Made by a program: the position numbers and the translations under genes. From the human T2T-CHM13v2.0 reference genome, Homo sapiens: DNA of 64,000 nt. Shown piece by piece: positions 42,869 to 57,194 of this stretch (positions are counted from its first letter, which is position 1; every line of letters starts with the position of its first letter). The notes beneath the pieces are model-generated. The model was given only the letters and a program-made list of their open reading frames with translations, did not search any database and had not been told where the DNA came from. The stretch lies in assembly GCF_009914755.1 (NCBI RefSeq), contig NC_060948.1; one strand, given 5' to 3'.

Positions 42869-45800
42869 AGTGTTATGGAACGGACTCAAAAGGAATTGAA
42901 TGTAATAGAATGGAGTGGAGTGGACTCGAATATAATGGACTGGAATGGAATGAAATCACATGGAATGGGAACGAATGGAATGGAATGGAAAGGAATGGAA
43001 TCGAATGGAAAGGAATCGAATGGAAGGGAATGAAATTGAATCAACAGGAATGGAAGGGAATAGAATAGACTGTAATGGAATGGACTCGAATAGAATGGAC
43101 ACGAATGCTCAAATTAAATGGACTCGAATGGAATGGAAACGAAAGGAATGTCATCGAATGGAATTGAATCGATTGGAATGAAATCGCATAGAATGGAGTG
43201 GAATCAAATGGAATTGAATCGAAAGGAAAGGAAGCGAATGGACTGAAATGAAATGGAATGGAATTGAATGGAAAGTAATGCAATGGAATAGAATGGAACG
43301 AAATTTCACGGAATGGAATCAAACTGAATGGAATCAAATCAATGGAATCAAATCAAATGGAATGGAAAGGAATTGAATGGAGTAGATGGGATTGGATGGG
43401 ATTGGAATGAAATGTACTGGAAAGGACTCGAATTTCATGAAACGGAATGGAATGAATTGGAACGGAATTGACTCGAATGGAATGGAATGTCATGGGATGG
43501 CATCAAATGGAATGACATCAAATGGAATGGAATCGAATGCAATGGAATGCTATGGAATGGAATGGAATGCATTGGAATGGAATGTCCGCTAATGGAATGG
43601 ATTCGAGTGGAATGGAATTGAATATAATGGAGTCGAATGAAATCGAATTGAAAGGAATGGGATCGAATACAATGGAATATACTGGAATGTAACGTAATGA
43701 ACTGGAATGTAATTGACTGGAATGGAATGTACATGAATGGAATGTAATCGAATGGAAAGTAATCCAATGGAATAGAATCTAATGCAATAAAATCGACTCA
43801 GATAGAGTAGAATGTAATGGAATGGAGTGCAGTGCAATGGAATGGAATGGAATGGAATGCAATGGAATGGAATGGAATGGAATGGAATGGAATGGAATGG
43901 GATGGAATGGTATGGAATGGATAGTAATGGACTGGAGTGAAATGGACTGGAAAGGAATGGACTCAAATTGAAAGGGCTCGAAAGGAATGGAGTCAAATGG
44001 AATGGTCTGGAATGGAATGAACACGAATGTAATGCAACCCAATAGAATGGAATCGAATGGCATGGAATATAAAGAAATGGAATCGAAGAGAATGGAAACA
44101 AATGGAATGGAATTGAATGGAATGGAATTGAATGGAATGGGAACGAATGGAGTGAAATTGTATGCAGTAGAAGAGAATAGAATGGAATGCAAGCGAAAGG
44201 AAAGGAATGGATTGGAATGGAATGGAATTCATTGGAATGGAAGGGAATGTAGTGTAATGGACAGGCCTGGAATAAAGTGGAATGCTACGGTCTCGAATGG
44301 AATAAAAATGTATGGAATGGAATGCAATGAAACGGAATCGAATGTCATAGAATGTAATGGAATGCAAAAAAATGGAATCCAAAATCATTGACTGGAAAGG
44401 CTGGGTGTCGAAAGGAATTGACTCCAATGGAATGGAATCGAATGGAATGGAAGTGAATAGAATCGAACTAAATCGAATGGAATGGAATTGATAGGAACGG
44501 AATGGAAAGGAATGCAATGATTTGGCATGGAATGGAATCGAATGGCATCGAATGGAATGGAATGGAATGCAATGGAATGGAATGTATTAGAATGTAATGA
44601 ACTTTAATGGAATGTACTCGAATGGATTCGACTGGAATGGAATGTTCTGGAAGTGAATGGACTCCAATGGAATGGATTCAAAAGGAATGGAATCGTACGG
44701 AATGGAATCTAATGGAATGGAATTAAATGGAAATGAATCAAATTGAATAGCACGGAATTGAATTGAATGGAATGGAATGCAATGGAATCTAATGAAACGG
44801 AAAGGAAAGGAATGGAATGGAATGGAATGGGCTGGAATGGAAAGGAATCGAAACGAATGGAATGGAATCGAAGTGAAGAGACTGGAATGGAATGCACTGG
44901 AATGGAAGGGAGTGTAATGGAAGGTTCTCGAAAAAAATGGAATCGAATGGAATGGAATTGAATGGAACGGAATAGAGTCGAATGGAATTGAATGGAATGG
45001 AATGGACTAGAGTGAAATGGAATCGAACCACAAGGAATGGACAGGAATAGAATGGTCTCGAATTGAATGGAATCGTATGGAATGGCATCAAACGGAATGG
45101 AATGGACAGCCACGGAATGGAATGCACTCGAATGCAATGGAGTCGAAACTAATGGACTGGAATAGAATGGACTCGACTGGTACGGACTCCAATGGAATGG
45201 AATCGAATGGAAGGGAATCGAACGGAATGGAATCGAACGGAATGGACTCGAAGGGAAAAGACTGCAATGGAAAGGTCTCGAATGGAATGGAAATTAATGG
45301 AATGGAATGGAATCGAATGAAATGGAGTCAAAAGGAATGGAATCGAATGGCAAGAAATCGAATGTAATGGAATCGCCAGGAATTGATGTGAACGGAACGG
45401 AATGGAATGGAATCCAAAGGAATGGAATAGAATGGAATGGAATCGAATGGAAAGGACTCGAATGGAAATCACTCGAATAGAATGCAATTTAACAAAATAG
45501 GATCAAATGTAATGGAATGGAATGGAAAGGAATGGAAACGAAAGGAATGGAGACAGATGGAATGGAATGGAACAGAGAGCAATGGTATAGAATGGAATGG
45601 AATCATCTGGAATGGAATTGAATGGAATGGAATAATATGAAATGGAATGGAATGGAATGGAATGGAATGCCCTTGAATTAAATGGACTGGAATGGAATGG
45701 ACTCAAACAGAGTGGAATGGAAAGTGTGGAGATAGAATGGAATGAACTCCTTTGGAATGGTGTAGTATGCAATGCAATCGACTGGCAGGGAATCAAAAGG

Positions 45801-46442
45801 AATGTAATCGAATGGATTGGACTGGAATGCAATGGACTCGAATAGATTGGAAACGGAATGCAAAGGAATGGAATGGAATAGTATGGAATGCAATGGAAGG
45901 GAATGGAGTGGAATAGACTAGAGTGGAATGGAATGGACTGGAAAGCAATGGACTGGAATGGAACTTTCTTGGATGGACTGGAATCAAACGGAATGGAATG
46001 CAGTGCAATCAAATGGCATGGAATAAAATAGAATGAAAGAGAATCAAATGGAATTGAATCGAATGGAATCGAATGGACTGGAAAGGAATAGAATGGAATG
46101 GAATGGAATTGACTCAAATGGAATGGACTAGAATGGAATGGATTCGAATGGAAGGCAAAGGAATGGAATCTATTGGAATGGACTGTAATGGAATGGAATG
46201 GAAGGGATTGGAATGGACTCGAATGGAATGGACTGCAATAGAAAGGATTCGAATGGAATGAAAAAGAATTGAATGGAATAGAACAGAATGGAATCAAATC
46301 GAATGAAATGGAATGGAATAGAAAGGAATGGAATGAAATGGAATGGAAAGGATTCGAATGGAATGCAATCGAATGGAATGGAATCGAACGGAATGGAATA
46401 AAATGGAAGAAAACTGGCAAGAAATGGAATCGAAATGAATGG
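42869..46442 (+). repeat. Unit 13 (3574 bp)
   Basis: Same 5' markers as units 10-12; a few private variants (~43644, ~45493, ~45534). Confidence 0.92.
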
Positions 46443-49400
46443 AGTGTTATGGAACGGACTCAAAAGGAATTGAATGTAATAGAATGGAGTGGAGTGGACT
46501 CGAATATAATGGACTGGAATGGAATGAAATCACATGGAATGGGAACGAATGGAATGGAATGGAAAGGAATGGAATCGAATGGAAAGGAATCGAATGGAAG
46601 GGAATGAAATTGAATCAACACGAATGGAAGGGAATAGAATAGACTGTAATGGAATGGACTCGAATAGAATGGACACGAATGCTCAAATTAAATGGACTCG
46701 AATGGAATGGAAACGAAAGGAATGTCATCGAATGGAATTGAATCGATTGGAATGAAATCGCATAGAATGGAGTGGAATCAAATGGAATTGAATCGAAAGG
46801 AAAGGAAGCGAATGGACTGAAATGAAATGGAATGGAATTGAATGGAAAGTAATGCAATGGAATAGAATGGAACGAAATTTCACGGAATGGAATCAAACTG
46901 AATGGAATCAAATCAATGGAATCAAATCAAATGGAATGGAAAGGAATTGAATGGAGTAGATGGGATTGGATGGGATTGGAATGAAATGTACTGGAAAGGA
47001 CTCGAATTTCATGAAACGGAATGGAATGAATTGGAACGGAATGGACTCGAATGGAATGGAATGTCATGGGATGGCATCAAATGGAATGACATCAAATGGA
47101 ATGGAATCGAATGCAATGGAATGCTATGGAATGGAATGGAATGCATTGGAATGGAATGTCCGCTAATGGAATGGATTCGAGTGGAATGGAATTGAATATA
47201 ATGGAGTCGAATGAAATGGAATTGAAAGGAATGGGATCGAATACAATGGAATATACTGGAATGTAACGTAATGAACTCGAATGTAATTGACTGGAATGGA
47301 ATGTACATGAATGGAATGTAATCGAATGGAAAGTAATCCAATGGAATAGAATCTAATGCAATAAAATCGACTCAGATAGAGTAGAATGTAATGGAATGGA
47401 GTGCAGTGCAATGGAATGGAATGGAATGGAATGCAATGGAATGGAATGGAATGGAATGGAATGGAATGGAATGGAATGGAATGGAATGGGATGGAATGGT
47501 ATGGAATGGATAGTAATGGACTGGAGTGAAATGGACTGGAAAGGAATGGACTCAAATTGAAAGGGCTCGAAAGGAATGGAGTCAAATGGAATGGTCTGGA
47601 ATGGAATGAACACGAATGTAATGCAACCCAATAGAATGGAATCGAATGGCATGGAATATAAAGAAATGGAATCGAAGAGAATGGAAACAAATGGAATGGA
47701 ATTGAATGGAATGGAATTGAATGGAATGGGAACGAATGGAGTGAAATTGTATGCAGTAGAAGAGAATAGAATGGAATGCAAGCGAAAGGAAAGGAATGGA
47801 TTGGAATGGAATGGAATTCATTGGAATGGAAGGGAATGTAGTGTAATGGACAGGCCTGGAATAAAGTGGAATGCTACGGTCTCGAATGGAATAAAAATGT
47901 ATGGAATGGAATGCAATGAAACGGAATCGAATGTCATAGAATGTAATGGAATGCAAAAAAATGGAATCCAAAATCACTGACTGGAGAGGCTGGGTGTCGA
48001 AAGGAATTGACTCCAATGGAATGGAATCGAATGGAATGGAAGTGAATAGAATCGAACTAAATCGAATGGAATGGAATTGATAGGAACGGAATGGAAAGGA
48101 ATGCAATGATTTGGCATGGAATGGAATCGAATGGCATCGAATGGAATGGAATGGAATGCAATGGAATGGAATGTATTAGAATGTAATGAACTTTAATGGA
48201 ATGTACTCGAATGGATTCGACTGGAATGGAATGTTCTGGAAGTGAATGGACTCCAATGGAATGGATTCAAAAGGAATGGAATCGTACGGAATGGAATCTA
48301 ATGGAATGGAATTAAATGGAAATGAATCAAATTGAATAGCACGGAATTGAATTGAATGGAATGGAATGCAATGGAATCTAATGAAACGGAAAGGAAAGGA
48401 ATGGAATGGAATGGAATGGGCTGGAATGGATAGGAATCGAAACGAATGGAATGGAATCGAAGTGAAGAGACTGTAATGGAATGCACTGGAATGGAAGGGA
48501 GTGTAATGGAAGGCTCTCGAAAAAAATGGAATCGAATGGAATGGAATTGAATGGAACGGAATAGAGTCGAATGGAATTGAATGGAATGGAATGGACTAGA
48601 GTGAAATGGAATCGAACCACAAGGAATGGACAGGAATAGAATGGTCTCGAATTGAATGGAATCGTATGGAATGGCATCAAACGGAATGGAATGGACAGCC
48701 ACGGAATGGAATGCACTCGAATGCAATGGAGTCGAAACTAATGGACTGGAATAGAATGGACTCGACTGGTACGGACTCCAATGGAATGGAATCGAATGGA
48801 AGGGAATCGAACGGAATGGAATCGAACGGAATGGACTCGAAGGGAAAAGACTGCAATGGAAAGGTCTCGAATGGAATGGAAATTAATGGAATGGAATGGA
48901 ATCGAATGAAATGGAGTCAAAAGGAATGGAATCGAATGGCAAGAAATCGAATGTAATGGAATCGCCAGGAATTGATGTGAACGGAACGGAATGGAATGGA
49001 ATCCAAAGGAATGGAATAGAATGGAATGGAATCGAATGGAAAGGACTCGAATGGAAATCACTCGAATAGAATGCAATTTAATAAAATAGGATCAAATGTA
49101 ATGGAATGGAATGGAAAGGAATCGAAACGAAAGGAATGGAGACAGATGGAATGGAATGGAACAGAGAGCAATGGTATAGAATGGAATGGAATCATCTGGA
49201 ATGGAATTGAATGGAATGGAATAATATGAAATGGAATGGAATGGAATGGAATGGAATGCCCTTGAATTAAATGGACTGGAATGGAATGGACTCAAACAGA
49301 GTGGAATGGAAAGTGTGGAGATAGAATGGAATGAACTCCTTTGGAATGGTGTAGTATGCAATGCAATCGACTGGCAGGGAATCAAAAGGAATGTAATCGA

Positions 49401-50031
49401 ATGGATTGGACTGGAATGCAATGGACTCGAATAGATTGGAAACGGAATGCAAAGGAATGGAATGGAATAGTATGGAATGCAATGGAAGGGAATGGAGTGG
49501 AATAGACTAGAGTGGAATGGAATGGACTGGAAAGCAATGGACTGGAATGGAACTTTCTTGGATGGACTGGAATCAAACGGAATGGAATGCAGTGCAATCA
49601 AATGGCATGGAATAAAATAGAATGAAAGAGAATCAAATGGAATTGAATCGAATGGAATCGAATGGATTGGAAAGGAATAGAATGGAATGGAATGGAATGG
49701 ACTCAAATGGAATGGACTAGAATGGAATGGATTCGAATGGAAGGCAAAGGAATGGAATCTATTGGAATGGACTGTAATGGAATGGAATGGAAGGGATTGG
49801 AATGGACTCGAATGGAATGGACTGCAATAGAAAGGATTCGAATGGAATGAAAAAGAATTGAATGGAATAGAACAGAATGGAATCAAATCGAATGAAATGG
49901 AATGGAATAGAAAGGAATGGAATGAAATGGAATGGAAAGGATTCGAATGGAATGCAATCGAATGGAATGGAATCGAACGGAATGGAATAAAATGGAAGAA
50001 AACTGGCAAGAAATGGAATCGAAATGAATGG
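46443..50031 (+). repeat. Unit 14 (3589 bp)
   Basis: Pure tract of 10 (47438-47487); shares diagnostic variants with unit 16. Confidence 0.92.
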
Positions 50032-53000
50032 AGTGTTATGGAACGGACTCAAAAGGAATTGAATGTAATAGAATGGAGTGGAGTGGACTCGAATATAATG
50101 GACTGGAATGGAATGAAATCACATGGAATGGGAACGAATGGAATGGAATGGAAAGGAATGGAATCGAATGGAAAGGAATCGAATGGAAGGGAATGAAATT
50201 GAATCAACAGGAATGGAAGGGAATAGAATAGACTGTAATGGAATGGACTCGAATAGAATGGACACGAATGCTCAAATTGAATGGACTCGAATGGAATGGA
50301 AACGAAAGGAATGTCATCGAATGGAATTGAATCGATTGGAATGAAATCGCATAGAATGGAGTGGAATCAAATGGAATTGAATCGAAAGGAAAGGAAGCGA
50401 ATGGACTGAAATGAAATGGAATGGAATTGAATGGAAAGTAATGCAATGGAATAGAATGGAACGAAATTTCACGGAATGGAATCAAACTGAATGGAATCAA
50501 ATCAATGGAATCAAATCAAATGGAATGGAAAGGAATTGAATGGAGTAGATGGGATTGGATGGGATTGGAATGAAATGTACTGGAAAGGACTCGAATTTCA
50601 TGAAACGGAATGGAATGAATTGGAACGGAATTGACTCGAATGGAATGGAATGTCATGGGATGGCATCAAATGGAATGACATCAAATGGAATGGAATCGAA
50701 TGCAATGGAATGCTATGGAATGGAATGGAATGCATTGGAATGGAATGTCCGCTAATGGAATGGATTCGAGTGGAATGGAATTGAATATAATGGAGTCGAA
50801 TGAAATGGAATTGAAAGGAATGGGATCGAATACAATGGAATATACTGGAATGTAACGTAATGAACTGGAATGTAATTGACTGGAATGGAATGTACATGAA
50901 TGGAATGTAATCGAATGGAAAGTAATCCAATGGAATAGAATCTAATGCAATAAAATCGACTCAGATAGAGTAGAATGTAATGGAATGGAGTGCAGTGCAA
51001 TGGAATGGAATGGAATGGAATGCAATGGAATGGAATGGAATGGAATGGAATGGAATGGAATGGGATGGAATGGTATGGAATGGATAGTAATGGACTGGAG
51101 TGAAATGGACTGGAAAGGAATGGACTCAAATTGAAAGGGCTCGAAAGGAATGGAGTCAAATGGAATGGTCTGGAATGGAATGAACACGAATGTAATGCAA
51201 CCCAATAGAATGGAATCGAATGGCATGGAATATAAAGAAATGGAATCGAAGAGAATGGAAACAAATGGAATGGAATTGAATGGAATGGAATTGAATGGAA
51301 TGGGAACGAATGGAGTGAAATTGTATGCAGTAGAAGAGAATAGAATGGAATGCAAGCGAAAGGAAAGGAATGGATTGGAATGGAATGGAATTCATTGGAA
51401 TGGAAGGGAATGTAGTGTAATGGACAGGCCTGGAATAAAGTGGAATGCTACGGTCTCGAATGGAATAAAAATGTATGGAATGGAATGCAATGAAACGGAA
51501 TCGAATGTCATAGAATGTAATGGAATGCAAAAAAATGGAATCCAAAATCACTGACTGGAGAGGCTGGGTGTCGAAAGGAATTGACTCCAATGGAATGGAA
51601 TCGAATGGAATGGAAGTGAATAGAATCGAACTAAATCGAATGGAATGGAATTGATAGGAACGGAATGGAAAGGAATGCAATGATTTGGCATGGAATGGAA
51701 TCGAATGGCATCGAATGGAATGGAATGGAATGCAATGGAATGGAATGTATTAGAATGTAATGAACTTTAATGGAATGTACTCGAATGGATTCGACTGGAA
51801 TGGAATGTTCTGGAAGTGAATGGACTCCAATGGAATGGATTCAAAAGGAATGGAATCGTACGGAATGGAATCTAATGGAATGGAATTAAATGGAAATGAA
51901 TCAAATTGAATAGCACGGAATTGAATTGAATGGAATGGAATGCAATGGAATCTAATGAAACGGAAAGGAAAGGAATGGAATGGAATGGAATGGGCTGGAA
52001 TGGAAAGGAATCGAAACGAATGGAATGGAATCGAAGTGAAGAGACTGGAATGGAATGCACTGGAATGGAAGGGAGTGTAATGGAAGGTTCTCGAAAAAAA
52101 TGGAATCGAATGGAATGGAATTGAATGGAACGGAATAGAGTCGAATGGAATTGAATGGAATGGAATGGACTAGAGTGAAATGGAATCGAACCACAAGGAA
52201 TGGACAGGAATAGAATGGTCTCGAATTGAATGGAATCGTATGGAATGGCATCAAACGGAATGGAATGGACAGCCACGGAATGGAATGCACTCGAATGCAA
52301 TGGAGTCGAAACTAATGGACTGGAATAGAATGGACTCGACTGGTACGGACTCCAATGGAATGGAATCGAATGGAAGGGAATCGAACGGAATGGAATCGAA
52401 CGGAATGGACTCGAAGGGAAAAGACTGCAATGGAAAGGTCTCGAATGGAATGGAAATTAATGGAATGGAATGGAATCGAATGAAATGGAGTCAAAAGGAA
52501 TGGAATCGAATGGCAAGAAATCGAATGTAATGGAATCGCCAGGAATTGATGTGAACGGAACGGAATGGAATGGAATCCAAAGGAATGGAATAGAATGGAA
52601 TGGAATCGAATGGAAAGGACTCGAATGGAAATCACTCGAATAGAATGCAATTTAATAAAATAGGATCAAATGTAATGGAATGGAATGGAAAGGAATCGAA
52701 ACGAAAGGAATGGAGACAGATGGAATGGAATGGAACAGAGAGCAATGGTATAGAATGGAATGGAATCATCTGGAATGGAATTGAATGGAATGGAATAATA
52801 TGAAATGGAATGGAATGGAATGGAATGGAATGCCCTTGAATTAAATGGACTGGAATGGAATGGACTCAAACAGAGTGGAATGGAAAGTGTGGAGATAGAA
52901 TGGAATGAACTCCTTTGGAATGGTGTAGTATGCAATGCAATCGACTGGCAGGGAATCAAAAGGAATGTAATCGAATGGATTGGACTGGAATGCAATGGAC

Positions 53001-53605
53001 TCGAATAGATTGGAAACGGAATGCAAAGGAATGGAATGGAATAGTATGGAATGCAATGGAAGGGAATGGAGTGGAATAGACTAGAGTGGAATGGAATGGA
53101 CTGGAAAGCAATGGACTGGAATGGAACTTTCTTGGATGGACTGGAATCAAACGGAATGGAATGCAGTGCAATCAAATGGCATGGAATAAAATAGAATGAA
53201 AGAGAATCAAATGGAATTGAATCGAATGGAATCGAATGGACTGGAAAGGAATAGAATGGAATGGAATGGAATTGACTCAAATGGAATGGACTAGAATGGA
53301 ATGGATTCGAATGGAAGGCAAAGGAATGGAATCTATTGGAATGGACTGTAATGGAATGGAATGGAAGGGATTGGAATGGACTCGAATGGAATGGACTGCA
53401 ATAGAAAGGATTCGAATGGAATGAAAAAGAATTGAATGGAATAGAACAGAATGGAATCAAATCGAATGAAATGGAATGGAATAGAAAGGAATGGAATGAA
53501 ATGGAATGGAAAGGATTCGAATGGAATGCAATCGAATGGAATGGAATCGAACGGAATGGAATAAAATGGAAGAAAACTGGCAAGAAATGGAATCGAAATG
53601 AATGG
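50032..53605 (+). repeat. Unit 15 (3574 bp), mosaic
   Basis: Units 10-13-type markers plus the unit 14/16 pair at 51551 and 51560. Confidence 0.9.
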
Positions 53606-56600
53606 AGTGTTATGGAACGGACTCAAAAGGAATTGAATGTAATAGAATGGAGTGGAGTGGACTCGAATATAATGGACTGGAATGGAATGAAATCACATGG
53701 AATGGGAACGAATGGAATGGAATGGAAAGGAATGGAATCGAATGGAAAGGAATCGAATGGAAGGGAATGAAATTGAATCAACACGAATGGAAGGGAATAG
53801 AATAGACTGTAATGGAATGGACTCGAATAGAATGGACACGAATGCTCAAATTAAATGGACTCGAATGGAATGGAAACGAAAGGAATGTCATCGAATGGAA
53901 TTGAATCGATTGGAATGAAATCGCATAGAATGGAGTGGAATCAAATGGAATTGAATCGAAAGGAAAGGAAGCGAATGGACTGAAATGAAATGGAATGGAA
54001 TTGAATGGAAAGTAATGCAATGGAATAGAATGGAACGAAATTTCACGGAATGGAATCAAACTGAATGGAATCAAATCAATGGAATCAAATCAAATGGAAT
54101 GGAAAGGAATTGAATGGAGTAGATGGGATTGGATGGGATTGGAATGAAATGTACTGGAAAGGACTCGAATTTCATGAAACGGAATGGAATGAATTGGAAC
54201 GGAATGGACTCGAATGGAATGGAATGTCATGGGATGGCATCAAATGGAATGACATCAAATGGAATGGAATCGAATGCAATGGAATGCTATGGAATGGAAT
54301 GGAATGCATTGGAATGGAATGTCCGCTAATGGAATGGATTCGAGTGGAATGGAATTGAATATAATGGAGTCGAATGAAATGGAATTGAAAGGAATGGGAT
54401 CGAATACAATGGAATATACTGGAATGTAACGTAATGAACTCGAATGTAATTGACTGGAATGGAATGTACATGAATGGAATGTAATCGAATGGAAAGTAAT
54501 CCAATGGAATAGAATCTAATGCAATAAAATCGACTCAGATAGAGTAGAATGTAATGGAATGGAGTGCAGTGCAATGGAATGGAATGGAATGGAATGCAAT
54601 GGAATGGAATGGAATGGAATGGAATGGAATGGAATGGAATGGAATGGAATGGGATGGAATGGTATGGAATGGATAGTAATGGACTGGAGTGAAATGGACT
54701 GGAAAGGAATGGACTCAAATTGAAAGGGCTCGAAAGGAATGGAGTCAAATGGAATGGTCTGGAATGGAATGAACACGAATGTAATGCAACCCAATAGAAT
54801 GGAATCGAATGGCATGGAATATAAAGAAATGGAATCGAAGAGAATGGAAACAAATGGAATGGAATTGAATGGAATGGAATTGAATGGAATGGGAACGAAT
54901 GGAGTGAAATTGTATGCAGTAGAAGAGAATAGAATGGAATGCAAGCGAAAGGAAAGGAATGGATTGGAATGGAATGGAATTCATTGGAATGGAAGGGAAT
55001 GTAGTGTAATGGACAGGCCTGGAATAAAGTGGAATGCTACGGTCTCGAATGGAATAAAAATGTATGGAATGGAATGCAATGAAACGGAATCGAATGTCAT
55101 AGAATGTAATGGAATGCAAAAAAATGGAATCCAAAATCACTGACTGGAGAGGCTGGGTGTCGAAAGGAATTGACTCCAATGGAATGGAATCGAATGGAAT
55201 GGAAGTGAATAGAATCGAACTAAATCGAATGGAATGGAATTGATAGGAACGGAATGGAAAGGAATGCAATGATTTGGCATGGAATGGAATCGAATGGCAT
55301 CGAATGGAATGGAATGGAATGCAATGGAATGGAATGTATTAGAATGTAATGAACTTTAATGGAATGTACTCGAATGGATTCGACTGGAATGGAATGTTCT
55401 GGAAGTGAATGGACTCCAATGGAATGGATTCAAAAGGAATGGAATCGTACGGAATGGAATCTAATGGAATGGAATTAAATGGAAATGAATCAAATTGAAT
55501 AGCACGGAATTGAATTGAATGGAATGGAATGCAATGGAATCTAATGAAACGGAAAGGAAAGGAATGGAATGGAATGGAATGGGCTGGAATGGATAGGAAT
55601 CGAAACGAATGGAATGGAATCGAAGTGAAGAGACTGTAATGGAATGCACTGGAATGGAAGGGAGTGTAATGGAAGGCTCTCGAAAAAAATGGAATCGAAT
55701 GGAATGGAATTGAATGGAACGGAATAGAGTCGAATGGAATTGAATGGAATGGAATGGACTAGAGTGAAATGGAATCGAACCACAAGGAATGGACAGGAAT
55801 AGAATGGTCTCGAATTGAATGGAATCGTATGGAATGGCATCAAACGGAATGGAATGGACAGCCACGGAATGGAATGCACTCGAATGCAATGGAGTCGAAA
55901 CTAATGGACTGGAATAGAATGGACTCGACTGGTACGGACTCCAATGGAATGGAATCGAATGGAAGGGAATCGAACGGAATGGAATCGAACGGAATGGACT
56001 CGAAGGGAAAAGACTGCAATGGAAAGGTCTCGAATGGAATGGAAATTAATGGAATGGAATGGAATCGAATGAAATGGAGTCAAAAGGAATGGAATCGAAT
56101 GGCAAGAAATCGAATGTAATGGAATCGCCAGGAATTGATGTGAACGGAACGGAATGGAATGGAATCCAAAGGAATGGAATAGAATGGAATGGAATCGAAT
56201 GGAAAGGACTCGAATGGAAATCACTCGAATAGAATGCAATTTAATAAAATAGGATCAAATGTAATGGAATGGAATGGAAAGGAATCGAAACGAAAGGAAT
56301 GGAGACAGATGGAATGGAATGGAACAGAGAGCAATGGTATAGAATGGAATGGAATCATCTGGAATGGAATTGAATGGAATGGAATAATATGAAATGGAAT
56401 GGAATGGAATGGAATGGAATGCCCTTGAATTAAATGGACTGGAATGGAATGGACTCAAACAGAGTGGAATGGAAAGTGTGGAGATAGAATGGAATGAACT
56501 CCTTTGGAATGGTGTAGTATGCAATGCAATCGACTGGCAGGGAATCAAAAGGAATGTAATCGAATGGATTGGACTGGAATGCAATGGACTCGAATAGATT

Positions 56601-57194
56601 GGAAACGGAATGCAAAGGAATGGAATGGAATAGTATGGAATGCAATGGAAGGGAATGGAGTGGAATAGACTAGAGTGGAATGGAATGGACTGGAAAGCAA
56701 TGGACTGGAATGGAACTTTCTTGGATGGACTGGAATCAAACGGAATGGAATGCAGTGCAATCAAATGGCATGGAATAAAATAGAATGAAAGAGAATCAAA
56801 TGGAATTGAATCGAATGGAATCGAATGGATTGGAAAGGAATAGAATGGAATGGAATGGAATTGACTCAAATGGAATGGACTAGAATGGAATGGATTCGAA
56901 TGGAAGGCAAAGGAATGGAATCTATTGGAATGGACTGTAATGGAATGGAATGGAAGGGATTGGAATGGACTCGAATGGAATGGACTGCAATAGAAAGGAT
57001 TCGAATGGAATGAAAAAGAATTGAATGGAATAGAACAGAATGGAATCAAATCGAATGAAATGGAATGGAATAGAAAGGAATGGAATGAAATGGAATGGAA
57101 AGGATTCGAATGGAATGCAATCGAATGGAATGGAATCGAACGGAATGGAATAAAATGGAAGAAAACTGGCAAGAAATGGAATCGAAATGAATGG
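53606..57194 (+). repeat. Unit 16 (3589 bp)
   Basis: Pure tract of 10 (54601-54650); copy of unit 14 at offset 7163. Confidence 0.92.
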
